Part shown: positions 53,137 to 64,000 of the stretch, piece by piece
Numbering within the stretch: the first letter of the stretch is position 1
Layout of the letters: every line of letters starts with the position of its first letter
NCBI GenBank assembly: GCA_016748015.1
Contig: JAAOMT010000239.1
Span: 282,356-346,355, forward strand
Origin: Geosiphon pyriformis uo1
Taxonomy: Eukaryota; Fungi; Glomeromycota
Direction: 5' to 3'
DNA length: 64,000 nucleotides
Position numbers and translations under genes: made by a program
Notes under the pieces: generated by a model
Databases searched by the model: none
The model's input: only the letters and a program-made list of their open reading frames with translations
Told to the model about the DNA's origin: nothing

Positions 53137-53944
53137 TTTTTTTTATTTTTTTTTTTACTATTATTCTTTGTTTTAAAATCGGATCACTAACATCAGTAAT
53201 CAATTATTTAAAATTATGTTTTAATATATATTAATTACATTTTTTTATTTAATTATAATTTTATTAAATACCAAATTTTTTATTTATTAAAATATTATTT
53301 TTCATGTAAATACAAAATAAAAAAAATACTGAATTTTGTGTTTGCAGATAAAAAATTATCATTTTCATAATATATAATAATCAATTAAAACTTTCTATTA
53401 TTTAAAATAATTTTTTTGTTATATGCTGTAAATTAATAAAAATTTAATATTTTTATTAATTTATTTGAATTTTTTATATTTAACATTAGATTTTTAGTAC
53501 ATATAAAAAATTTCTTAATTTGATTGTTTAAAGATAAAAAAAAACATAATCTTAAATTTTCTGATATGTTTCATAGTTATTCTTAATTAAATTTAGTTTC
53601 AAACATTATGTATGTTTCATAGTTATTTTTGTTTATTGAAAAATCAAAAAATTTGATAAAATTGTGTTTTGTTATTGTAATTACTTATTATTTCATCAAA
53701 TATTATATTGAAAAAACACACAAATTATGTTTTGTAAATTTGGTTTATTTGGTTTACTCATTTCATTTGGCAGTTTTTGTGTGACTATATAAGGTTTAAT
53801 TCAATTAAAATTTTATAGTTTGAATTTTATGGTTAAAGAAGTAAATATTTAAATTAATTTAGAATAAATACGAACTTCAACTTTTAAAATATTATTTTCT
53901 AAAAAGCTTTTTCTTATAATATATGTTCAGATTTTTATTTACAC

Positions 53945-55050
53945 ATGGAAAAACTTGAAATTAAAATGACTCGTTCAAAAGCTCATGATTACAACCTGTG
54001 TTCAGAGTGTTAAAAAAATATTAAAAACAATCGTAAAAACTATTGAAATACAGGTCGTTTCTTGTTTTTTGAAAAATTTTATCAGAACTTTTTAAGCAGC
54101 AATAAAATAGTTGATGAAATAATAAAGATTCCAATCTATATTTCACCTAATGATGAATATAATAGAAAATATAATGGTAAAATTGTATGTTATGAATGGA
54201 TTTTATGAGAACATTTAAAGAAAAAGCAACATACATTGATGGATTAATTCATAAAAATAATATAAAACATCATAGTAAAATGAAATATAAATGATATGAA
54301 GAGCAAGAAGTAGTAATAAAACTTATGAAGGCATAGCAACAAAGTCTTTAAAAAGGTAAATCAATTTATTATATAAATGTTCAATTATCATTTAAGCATT
54401 ATATCATTTATTTCATTTTATTTATTTTCATTAACTATTAATTTATTTATTATTTATTATTTATTTTTAATTTTTAATGGTTAGATATTCAAAGAACTAT
54501 GTTTATTAATAAGAACGGTGAATATTTGGATTATTTGCTCAACATGGAGACATGCGGAAATATTTATCAACAAATTTTCATTCTACGATTTGGAAAGATA
54601 AATTAATTATTGCCCCTCGAATAGCTTATGGACTTTTAACAATTCATTTTGCTGGTATGGTTCATCGTAACCTACACTCAGAATATTGGAGACCTCGGGT
54701 GGTGTCAAACTACAAACCATGAAGCAACAGCAACAACAACAGGAAAAGCAACGAAGGGGAAAAAACCATTTGGAATGATTTCATACATTACGTCAGATGT
54801 TTTAAGAGGAGAAAATTTCATGATATTTATAGTTTTGCCATGATATTATGGGAATTAACAATAGGAAAACCTCTTTTTCATGATCGATACCCTAATCTCG
54901 AGAACCGTCCTTCTGTTAAACAAGTCGAAAAGAAGTTGAATGAGGTTCAAAAGTTGCCTTGGAATGAGTCTTTCAAATGAGGGTCTAAAGTTTTTAGAAT
55001 CAGAAAATTACATGAAAAAACATGTGGAAGGAGACAAAAACTCCAACAAT
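53945..55050 (+). pseudogene. TKL kinase pseudogene
   Basis: MEKLEIK start, VDEIIKIPIY, YEWIL*E, conserved intron, FAQHGDMRKYLSTNFHST, AGMVHRNLHS, IGDLG, LWELTIGKPLFHDR; many stops. Confidence 0.9.
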
Positions 55051-56315
55051 TTTTTTTTTCATTTCATTGTATATTTATAATTATATATCACTATTTACTA
55101 TTTATTTATTTATTTATTCATTTCACCATCTATTATTTCAGATGATTCTTAAGTAAATCTAATCACGATCAGTTATTTATAATTTTCAATTCATGAGTAT
55201 TATAACAGGGTATCTTTTATATAAATTTTAATATATATTTTTAACTTCAAATTGAATTTATTTTATATTCTAGACTAAAACTTTAAAATAATTAATCTAT
55301 TATTATTTTTAACAAAATTACTTTTGTTAATCAATATTTGATTATAGTTAACACTTTACATGTATATTAAATTTTAGAATTTATAGTCTTAAAAAATTAT
55401 AAAAAAATGATGTAAAATATTTATTAAGTTTGAAATTAATTAATCTTTTTCAAATTAGTGTTTTGTCTTGATTTTTGGCAATTTGAATTCTTATTTATAA
55501 AAATTTAAATATTAAAATAATAATTAAAACTATTTTTATGGTAAATTTTTAAAGTAAATTGATTTAATATTAAAATTCAATTTAATAAGTTCTGATATAA
55601 TAATTAGAGATTAAAAAATTTGTCGATTTATATTATATTAATCATTATTTGTATTATCTTCTTCATTCTTATTTATTTTGTATTTTATTTTATTTTTTTA
55701 ATTTTTTTTATCAAAAAATTCTCTCTTTCCAATTTAGTTTTCCATAATTTTACTAAATAATAAAAACAAATCAAATTAACTTAATATCTAATATAAATTT
55801 ATTATATTAAAAAAAAATTAAAATTTAATTAGTTATATTAAACTACATGATTAATAATTTTATTTTATTTGATTAAATGTATCATAAATTTTTTAATTTA
55901 TTTAAAAAACACTAAAATTTAAAGTAAATTAATTGTTTTTAAGTTTTTATTTTTAGTGTTTTTTTTTAAGTAATTCTTTTTTTTTTAATTTGTGCTTGTA
56001 AACTATTTTACATAAATGTTCTATAAAAAGTATTTATATTAATAATAATAATAATATTGTTAATTTTGTTTTTGTTTTTTGAATTTCTACTTTTATTAAA
56101 TATTTATTATGTTTAATTCCAATTTGTAAATATTTAAATCTGTATTTATCTGTAAAATTACTAATTTAATTTTTTATACTTTTACAAAGAAAATTTTTTT
56201 TTTAAATTATTTATATATGTATTAAAATAATTTGAATAAAATATTAATATTTTATAAAATAACAAACTATTATAATATATTTAAATATTAATTTTATTAA
56301 AACTACATTATTTTT

Positions 56316-57116
56316 TGCACTCTAACTTGTACATAGCTGCTGGTTTTACCAGCAGACCCTCGGCTATTGTATATACTTATTTTATGAAGGCTTTGCACTA
56401 CTAACTGCCAGTTGTTGTTCAGAAGCACTTTTATAATAGACTATATCCAAGTGTGTTGTGCTTATATTGTGGCAATGTGAAGACATTAGATCATGTGTTC
56501 TTTTACAAGATTGATAATTCTGTCCAATGTTAATTGTTAGAATTCTATGTAAACTCTTGGAAGGCAGTTTCTGGTTTCTCTTATTTTTTTTCAGGCATAC
56601 TACAACTGTTGTTTTTATGTGTTTTTGACTCTTTTTTGTCTATGGCTTTTTAAAGAGTTTTGTTTTTAATGATTGATTTCACGAGGTGGTCACTGTTTTT
56701 TATAATTCCAAGGTTGCTGGTTTGGAGATTGTCAAATTTGTGTGCTTTCTTAGTCTTGCTTTTAAGAGTAATATCTGGTCAATTCATGCTAAATATCATG
56801 CTTATATGGAGAAAAATGGATTGATTCCCCTTGATGGTTTGGTCCTTATTTTGGTTTCTGGTTTGGTCTTAGAATTGTTAACTGGAGTGGTCAAATTGCT
56901 TGGTATTGCCAATGTTTTTGGTATTCATTTTGGCTTTTGCAAATCTTGTTTTTTTTTTTTAGGCATAAGTAATTCAGTTTCAGTTCACATAACTGTATAG
57001 TATTGTTCTGATCAGCCCAAGTGGCTGGTCATGATTCATGCTTAGTTTAGATTATTTCTTTGATGTATAGCACTAAGTAGTGTTTGGATCTCACTCGTAA
57101 AGCAAATAAAAAAAAA
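56316..57116 (+). mobile_element. 5'-truncated LINE 3' end (C-terminal Zn-finger region, 3' UTR, poly-A)
   Basis: YFMKALHY*LPV, YPSVLCLYCGNVKTLDHVF, ORF end ..SVSVHITV* at 57000, then CTCACTCGTAAAGCAAATAAAAAAAAA. Confidence 0.85.
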
Positions 57117-57990
57117 TTTATTTTTTATAATAATTAATTATATTTAAAATATACTATTATTTATATATTATTATTATTATTTATTAAAAAAAACCAAAAT
57201 AAATTAAAATTTTAAAAAAAATTTTTTTATTATTAACTTATACTAAAAAACACTAATTAAACTTAACTTAAAAATTATTATAAAAATTATTTATTTATTT
57301 TAAATATTAAAAATTTTATGTTATTAATTAATTCTAATTAAAATATTTTTTTTTTTAAAAAAAAGAAAAACTTTTTTATATATTTTTAATTAATATATAT
57401 ATATTTAATGTTAAATATGTACAAAGATATTTTATGTAAAACAAAACCTAATTTTAAGTAGAAATATTAGATAAAACATATATATATTGCTAATTTCGTA
57501 GTTAAAAAAACTTGATTTAAAGTTAAAAATATTTTGAAAATTTAGACAAATGATAAAACAAATAAGATTATTAAAACTGCTATATTATTATTAAAGATAA
57601 TTGTAAAGATAAAACAATGTAAAGCAATTATATAAAATTTATTATTCATATTTAATATATAATAATTAGGGTACTTATATTAACATAAAAACAATTTAAT
57701 TATTAAATAATTATTTTAAACACTTTTTTTATTTATTATATAATAAAAATGTTTAATATCTTTTGTTTATTATATTTTATTATAAAATTTGTGTAAATAA
57801 ATAAATTTATAAAAATTTCTAACAATAAAATGATATATAAAATTCACGATTTCATTTTAATGAATTTTATAATTAGTTTTTTTGCAAATAATAATTGTTT
57901 TAAATAATATATCAAACATTACTAAAAAAAAAATAGGGTGTCGAAAAGTAGGCCTCGTTTTCTTATTTTGAGGCGAATCGTGTTAACAAT

Positions 57991-59085
57991 ATGAGGTTAC
58001 TAATTAATACTTTTACGAAGTATCGTCTGTTCGTTATAAGTGATTCGACCAAGATTACGCAACGGCGACTCACTTGTAAAGTAACCCAAGCTGAACATCT
58101 GACCCCGCCTTCGAGTGAAAGGGTTGTGCCGCAACAAATAACAGTTGATAAGAAGGTTGCTTACATTTCCGAGCAAGGGATGAAAAGTTTCCGTTCAGAT
58201 TTTAAGGACTTCCGAAAGGAAAGGTTAGGGAGGCAGAGAGATTACAACGAAGGGTTTATAAGTCAATTTGACAAATTGAACAGGTTAGTGGCGAGTGAGA
58301 ATCCAACTTTTAAATTCCTTTTTGGATTTACAACTAACTTTTTAGGAATTAGGTTTAAAGAGTATGACTCCGAGAAACCTTACTCTAGGCATTCGGAGCC
58401 TTTCATAGGAAAACCGAGACAGCAAGTACGAAACCAAAAGGCACCGCATTACGGTTGTAAGAGATGCAGGTCTTTAGCTAATGAATTGGGATTACGTCAG
58501 ACTGTTAGAAGACAGAGCTTGGTTAGTATTGTATGTGATGCACTAGAGAACTGTGAATTGGATGATTATAATTGTAGTTACCATGGAAAAGAGTGCCAGG
58601 AGGCGCACCTGCACTATTCTTGGAAGCGCAAAAATTTCACCTGGGCTTGTGAAAAACAACCTGATCATAGAAGAGATCATCAACATAACGGACTTTCTAA
58701 TCTTTTCACAACTATAACAAATACGAAAGACGAAATTCTAATGGAACATAGAAAATCTCTTAGGTTATTAGAGATACAAAAGAGTAATAAAGAAAGCTCT
58801 AGGAAATTTCAAACGCAAGAAGAAAAAAATCCAGAAATGGAAACTTCGTCGAGCAGCACATTTCAATCCTTCAAAGGACGTGAGGAACAAGGAAATTTTC
58901 AAGGGCCCATACGATCATCGCCCTCAAATAAGAGGAAATTTACATCCTCACATGAGGATGATTCTAGAGGAGTTAAACAGAGAATGAAAACCGATCAACG
59001 ACGACCCAAGATTTCTACTTTTATGGAAGACAGAGGGATTATTGATCCTCGGAGTCAAATTAAAAGAAGTCGTTCTTATTTATAA
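57991..59085 (+). CDS. Hypothetical protein, 364 aa, central Cys/His-rich region, disordered charged C-terminus
   Basis: Uninterrupted 1095-bp ORF with higher GC and retained CpG in an AT-rich background; no family recognised. Confidence 0.75.
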   Translation: MRLLINTFTKYRLFVISDSTKITQRRLTCKVTQAEHLTPPSSERVVPQQITVDKKVAYISEQGMKSFRSDFKDFRKERLGRQRDYNEGFISQFDKLNRLVASENPTFKFLFGFTTNFLGIRFKEYDSEKPYSRHSEPFIGKPRQQVRNQKAPHYGCKRCRSLANELGLRQTVRRQSLVSIVCDALENCELDDYNCSYHGKECQEAHLHYSWKRKNFTWACEKQPDHRRDHQHNGLSNLFTTITNTKDEILMEHRKSLRLLEIQKSNKESSRKFQTQEEKNPEMETSSSSTFQSFKGREEQGNFQGPIRSSPSNKRKFTSSHEDDSRGVKQRMKTDQRRPKISTFMEDRGIIDPRSQIKRSRSYL

Positions 59086-59203
59086 GTACAAAAAGGTATT
59101 CCTGATGTGGAAAAATAATTTTTATTCGAATGTTTCATCAATTTTGTTTATTATTTCGATTAGGAGTTGGTTTGATATTATGGAAAATAGCATTTTTAGA
59201 GGG

Positions 59204-59651
59204 TTAAAGACCAATTACGATACTCCCCCTCAAAACTCCATAGGAGGAAGGCATCATTATAGACTGGAATTTTCGAATAAACACAGAAGTCGAAGAGAAA
59301 TCAATCCCACCAGCATGCACCTGATATAAATCAACTGTCTCATCAGAGACTGGAATGGACACACAAGCCGAAATTTGATTTGCAATAAGTCTATAAACAT
59401 TTTTAGTATCTTTATAAAGGTTCTGCATTGAAAGTTGAAACCCAATTTCTAGGAGTTCTCTGCTAAGTTTGTTTCGAAAGAGAATAAACCATTGACTGAT
59501 TTTGGCTCTTCGAGTAAAGAGGAGTATTCTGCAATTATGGGTCTTAAATAGCGGGTTTTAAAGCTTCTAATTGCTCAGTAGTTGGGAAGTTTTGAACTCC
59601 TCCAGGATTGCTTTTCAGTGGCAAGGGCCAAAAGTGTAGTATTTGAGCCAT
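59204..59651 (-). pseudogene. MATA-type HMG-box pseudogene
   Basis: Across one frameshift: PKSVNG/FILFRNKLSRELLEIGFQLSMQ-(helix 2 deleted)-NLYKDTKNVYRLIANQ; upstream MAQILHF..NFPTTEQL with stops. Confidence 0.6.
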
Positions 59652-59818
59652 TGAGAATTTGAGACGGATTTTTTTTTATAATTTTTGCAAGAAAAATGTA
59701 TTTATGATATTTATCAACATGTATAATTTATACCAAATGTGATCATGAGATCGTCTATGAAGTGCATTTTTATTTTTTCACGTTTTTTTGGATGAATTAT
59801 TCGAGACCTGCCAAGATT

Positions 59819-60575
59819 ATGGCCTTCCAAACACCCATTTTCAAGACTATTACTAGGTCGACTCGTTCATTTGCAAGGAGCCCGATTTTAAACAACTCCT
59901 TTTACCGCTCTGTAAACACTACCCAAATTACTGAAAAGGCTGGTGCGGTTGGAAAAAACGCCCAGAACTTTGTCTCCAAAACTGTAAATAAAATTCTTAG
60001 TAAGTAGGCCGCCTCAAACCACTTATTGAATCACGGTTTATTTGTTTGAGTTTTAAGATTTCGCAAGACTTTTTTTGAGATTGGCAGCTTGAAACCCTTT
60101 CACCCCTAAATTAAGTCTTTCTTTGAAGCTCTGGGTCAAAATTACACCAATCAACTATGCTTTCCAAATTTGAAATAAAAGTTATATTTAATGATTTTAT
60201 CCCTCTTTAAATTATCAACCAATATCATTTGATTTATAATTGATCCTTTTCTTCTGCATCACCGCCAAAGCCCTCCAAGAGCCAATCATATATAATTTTA
60301 AAGTGGTCAAAGAAACTGCCAAAGAAGTATGGGTAAAAGAAGATCTATCTCCCCCAAACAAAAAGGAATTTGATATCGCATGGAGCAATATCGTAAAGCA
60401 ATATAATTGGTTACGTAATGAATTGCCTAATCTCGATTCGGAAACGTTGAAACGGCTCTTTCTGAAGGAGCCACGTCAATATGCGATTTACGCTGTTCGC
60501 TCCTTTGAAGTATTTTCACTCTTTGTGGTGGGAGAAATAATTGGCCGCCGCAGTCTCATCGGTTATAAAGTATAG
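59819..60575 (+). CDS. ATP20: Mitochondrial ATP synthase subunit g; exons 59819-59999 and 60271-60575
   Basis: Arg/Ser-rich presequence; EPIIYNFKVVKETAKEVWVKEDLSPP and FVVGEIIGRRSLIGY signature; GTAAGT..AAAG intron keeps the frame. Confidence 0.93.
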
Positions 60576-61005
60576 TGTGTTGCTAAATATTGAGGGGTTT
60601 TGGTGAGTGATGAGAAATTTGGTTTTACTTAATTTCAGAGTTATCTTGCTTCATTATAATTCTTTGTTTTCTGCATTGATTTGAAACTAAAAACACTAGA
60701 ATCCTATTTAGAATAGATCAAAATGAAAATATTTGGATTGAGTAAATATACAATTGATTTTCTTTTTATCCAATAGGAATTAAATTAATTGGACTTTGAT
60801 ATCTTGGATATTTATAACTTTATATTTACTTCTTGGATGATATATTCATTTTTCAACTGTATTAAGTGGATGAATCTATCTAGCTAATCTTTTATTACTC
60901 ACCTCACTACTAAGGGACATCCAATCTTCCAGCAAATAATTGATAATCAAATCCAGAAGGTTGAAGCAAAACCAGAAGTTAGTATTTGAATAGATATCAC
61001 CAGCT

Positions 61006-61433
61006 TCACAACGACGATTCTGATTTCCCTTCAATATTAGGCATCTTTGGGGTTCGCCTTTGAATGTCGCTTCCCTAAAATAATCATACAAACGAAAAAA
61101 GATCAAAATAGCTGTATTTGAACAATCAAGGAATAATTTCTAAAAATTATAATACCAGTGGTTTTAACTTTTTGCGCTCTATTCGCTCACGCAATAATAC
61201 AGTGCCACCGAAAGCGGTCCAAACTTCGAAAAAGTTGTTTTCAACAAGACAGAAATAATGTCAAAATGATATATTATATTTGTCTCGACTATCTTCGTGG
61301 ATTTTGGTTATTGATCTCGAAAAAAAAGAACATGTACATTATTTGTCAGTGCATTAACCCTACCAGTGAGTCCAACGAGTGCCAGCACTAAAGTTCGGTG
61401 TGCAATGTCTGCAGCTTTTGAAGCAACTGCCAT
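61006..61433 (-). CDS. COX14: Cytochrome c oxidase assembly factor Cox14-like, 68 aa; exons 61433-61364, 61223-61156, 61074-61006
   Basis: Spliced MAVASKAADIAHRTLVLALVGLTVWTAFGGTVLLRERIERKKLKPLGSDIQRRTPKMPNIEGKSESSL; DxxHR followed by a single TM helix as in Cox14. Confidence 0.7.
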
Positions 61434-61564
61434 TATAAATTTTTCAGAAGTCAACACAAAAGGAATGTGCAAACTCAAAAGCTTGAAATCGAAGTTACTC
61501 ACGATTTAAGGATCAACAAGATGCTTCCTACCAATCTGAAATTATCGATTATTTTTTGACTCAT
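61434..61564. promoter_or_regulatory. Putative bidirectional promoter
   Basis: Only 131 bp between divergent start codons. Confidence 0.6.
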
Positions 61565-62890
61565 ATGGCAGACATTTCTTCCGCGAACTCTAGTATAGTT
61601 TCTAACCTTGCTGATGTAAGACATGTTTTACTCGTGTTATCAGGTAAAGGCGGTGTTGGGAAAAGCTCAGTATCAATACAATTAGCTTTATGTCTCGTAA
61701 AGGCTGGTTACAAAGTCGGTGTTCTGGACATTGATTTGACTGGTCCAAGCATACCTCGAATGTTCGGTTTGGAAGGGAAACAGGTGCATCAAGCGTCTAC
61801 AGGGTAAGTTAATTTTGAAAAAACCTTTCGAATTTTTTTTCGGAGAGCAAATTAAAATTGAGAAATTCCCCAACAATTTAAAACTTTATAATTCAGTTGG
61901 GTACCTGTTTTTATGGATGATAGCCAGAGATTATGTTGCATGTCAATCGGATTTTTGTTACAGAACAAGAATGATTCGGTTGTTTGGCGTGGACCAAAAA
62001 AAAATGGTTAATATCTTCTTTAAAGGTTTGTTAAGACTTTTTATCTGGTTTTTCTGCTCATTCAATTATTATTTGTTTAGCGATGATACGGCAATTCTTA
62101 TCTGATGTTTTTTGGGGTGAATTAGACTATTTAGTAATTGATACACCACCGGGTTAGTAATTTATTCGTTAGTGAATTGTTTATAGGCATTATATTTAGA
62201 CCCTCTATTTCGAATGAATATATTTCTTTTACACTGTAGGGACTTCTGACGAGCACATATCAATAACTGAATACCTAAAAGATCTCAATCCGGATGGAGC
62301 AGTCATGGTTACTACACCACAGGTAAATTCTATTATCTTGAGCCAATTTCATAAATTCACGCCTAAATTATCTACCACTCCGTTATTTAGGCCGTGGCAT
62401 TAGCTGACGTGCGTAAAGAACTCAACTTTTGCAAAAAAGTAAAATTACCGGTCTTGGGGGTAATTGAGAATATGAGCGGCTTTATATGTCCACATTGTGA
62501 GGTATGGATCAGGATTTTTTTAGCATTCGTATTTTGAACTTGGTGAATGAAATTTGTTATATATCTCGACAGGAATGTACCAATTTGTTTTCAACCGGTG
62601 GCGGTGAAGCAATGGCACAAGAATTCAAAGTAGACTTTTTGGGTAAGATTTTTATAATAAAATGATTGTTCCAAACTTTTCTAACGCGAGCATTTATTTC
62701 TCCATCAACAGGCCGCGTTCCGATTGACCCAGCCTTTAATTTAATAATAGAACAGCAAAATCAACAAGGAATAGTTTCAAAATCCTCAGATAGTACAAAT
62801 GAGAATACTCTTATTAAGAAATATGCAGAATCAAATCTATTCAAAGTTTTTACACAGATTACTGAGAAGATAGTTTCAAAGGTGACGTGA
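61565..62890 (+). CDS. CFD1: Cytosolic Fe-S cluster assembly factor Cfd1/NUBP2, multi-exon
   Basis: [53 protein letters not shown]; no N-terminal Cys cluster, so not Nbp35. Confidence 0.93.
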
Positions 62891-63264
62891 TCACTAGAAA
62901 ATGAAATTCGGATCGCTATCCTTTTCGCCATACAAGGAAGCCTGCCATTCGTTTATTGTCACATAATTTTTTATTTTCTTTTAATATATTAATCTTTTAA
63001 AAAGGCTTTTAATTCAAAAAAGCAAGAACATCTTTTTCGATTTTCAAGTATTCTTGATATAACTGTAACTGACCAACTTTTTTTGCTATTGAATTAATTT
63101 CAAGCAGGAATTGTATTCTTTTGGGTTGCTATTTGTGCTTAGTATTATAACTATAAAGTTTTAAGTCTAGTTTAAATTCTAAAAGAATGTAGAAAAATTT
63201 ATAACCAGCTTAATATTGAATAAGTTGTAAATTTTTGAAATTATATGAAAATAATATTTTTTTT

Positions 63265-63925
63265 TAGTGCGCTAAGTGCGATCCAACTACCATCTATGGA
63301 AATGCAACAAGGAATATTAGAGAGTTTGCGCTACAATGATTTTCTTTGTAAATTTACCTGTAGCCACAAATTTGTGGCTTGTACAAAGAAATTTAAAACC
63401 GGAATTCTTTGTAGATCTCCTCTACAAGTAAGAGATTTTTGTTATCTAATTTTTTGCAATCTGTAGCCCAAAAGCTGACAAGGTATGTCTTATAATATGT
63501 CCAAACCTAAGAGAGATATTCTCGAACCTATTTTAAGACTGTGGACCATTTTTATTGTTAGTGAATAAGCATTCACTATACTAACTGATGGAATTCGGAA
63601 GTGTTCAACAAGTTGTTCTATCTGTGTTTTGTTGAATCTATAAGCCGTTGTCTTCAATATACTTTTCAAAACATTATTGTCACATTAATCATATAAAACT
63701 TTAATCTTCATACCGGAAAAATGCTACACACGTTCGCTCATCAAGTGCATTTAGATCAAGTCTCGTATTGGGAATCAATGGACGTTCAGGTTCAAATATT
63801 GTCTTCATTGTTATGGCCAGTTGCTGTTGACGCTTATGAAGTAGTAGCAGAAGTGTAGCCATTCGCAGGCTGTCAAAAGTCAAGTTCTCGGACTCCATAT
63901 GGTGAGATTTGATACGCGTTTGCAT
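63265..63925 (-). mobile_element. PIF/Harbinger (HARBI1-like) transposase relic
   Basis: RLDLNALDERTCVAFFR, intron-like gap, FTKTQIEQLVEHFRIP, later CCISIDGSWIAL (cf. C.G.IDGT); disrupted. Confidence 0.65.
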
Positions 63926-64000
63926 TAAAATTACGTGACATCACTAGCCAATTGCAGAAATAAATTTACAAGGAAAATCATTGTAAGGCAAACTCTGTTC

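Noticed and set aside
58600-58620. AHLHY as an HUH rolling-circle motif
   Set aside because: No recognisable catalytic Tyr motif or helicase domain; the downstream region is an antisense HMG relic

Overview
Eukaryotic, very AT-rich, intron-containing fungal genomic DNA with three assembly gaps (37863-37882, 38921-39494, 40046-40179). Gene content and element types (TKL kinases, F-box/LRR, MATA-HMG, class 3 lipase, RNase H-bearing LINEs) suggest Glomeromycotina, possibly Geosiphon/Ambispora-like; this is an inference. Apparently intact genes: a single-Myb protein, a lipase-3 homologue lacking its catalytic residues, an F-box/LRR protein, one TKL kinase, an orphan Cys/His-rich protein, and a housekeeping trio at the right end (ATP20, COX14, CFD1). 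The rest is largely decayed: about seven kinase relics, three multi-repeat Myb copies, and pseudogenes of a bacterial-type AAA-ATPase-like protein, a PILS-type transporter, an F-box protein and an HMG-box protein. There is also a ~15 kb nest of degenerate LINE, Sola-like and hAT elements, a Harbinger relic and a 393-bp tandem array. The strongest novel signal is one-directional C>T/G>A hypermutation of repeats that is not limited to CpG. It is directly visible as an eroded copy of the 393-bp unit next to near-identical intact copies, and resembles RIP in a lineage where RIP is not established. All calls were made by eye without database searches.
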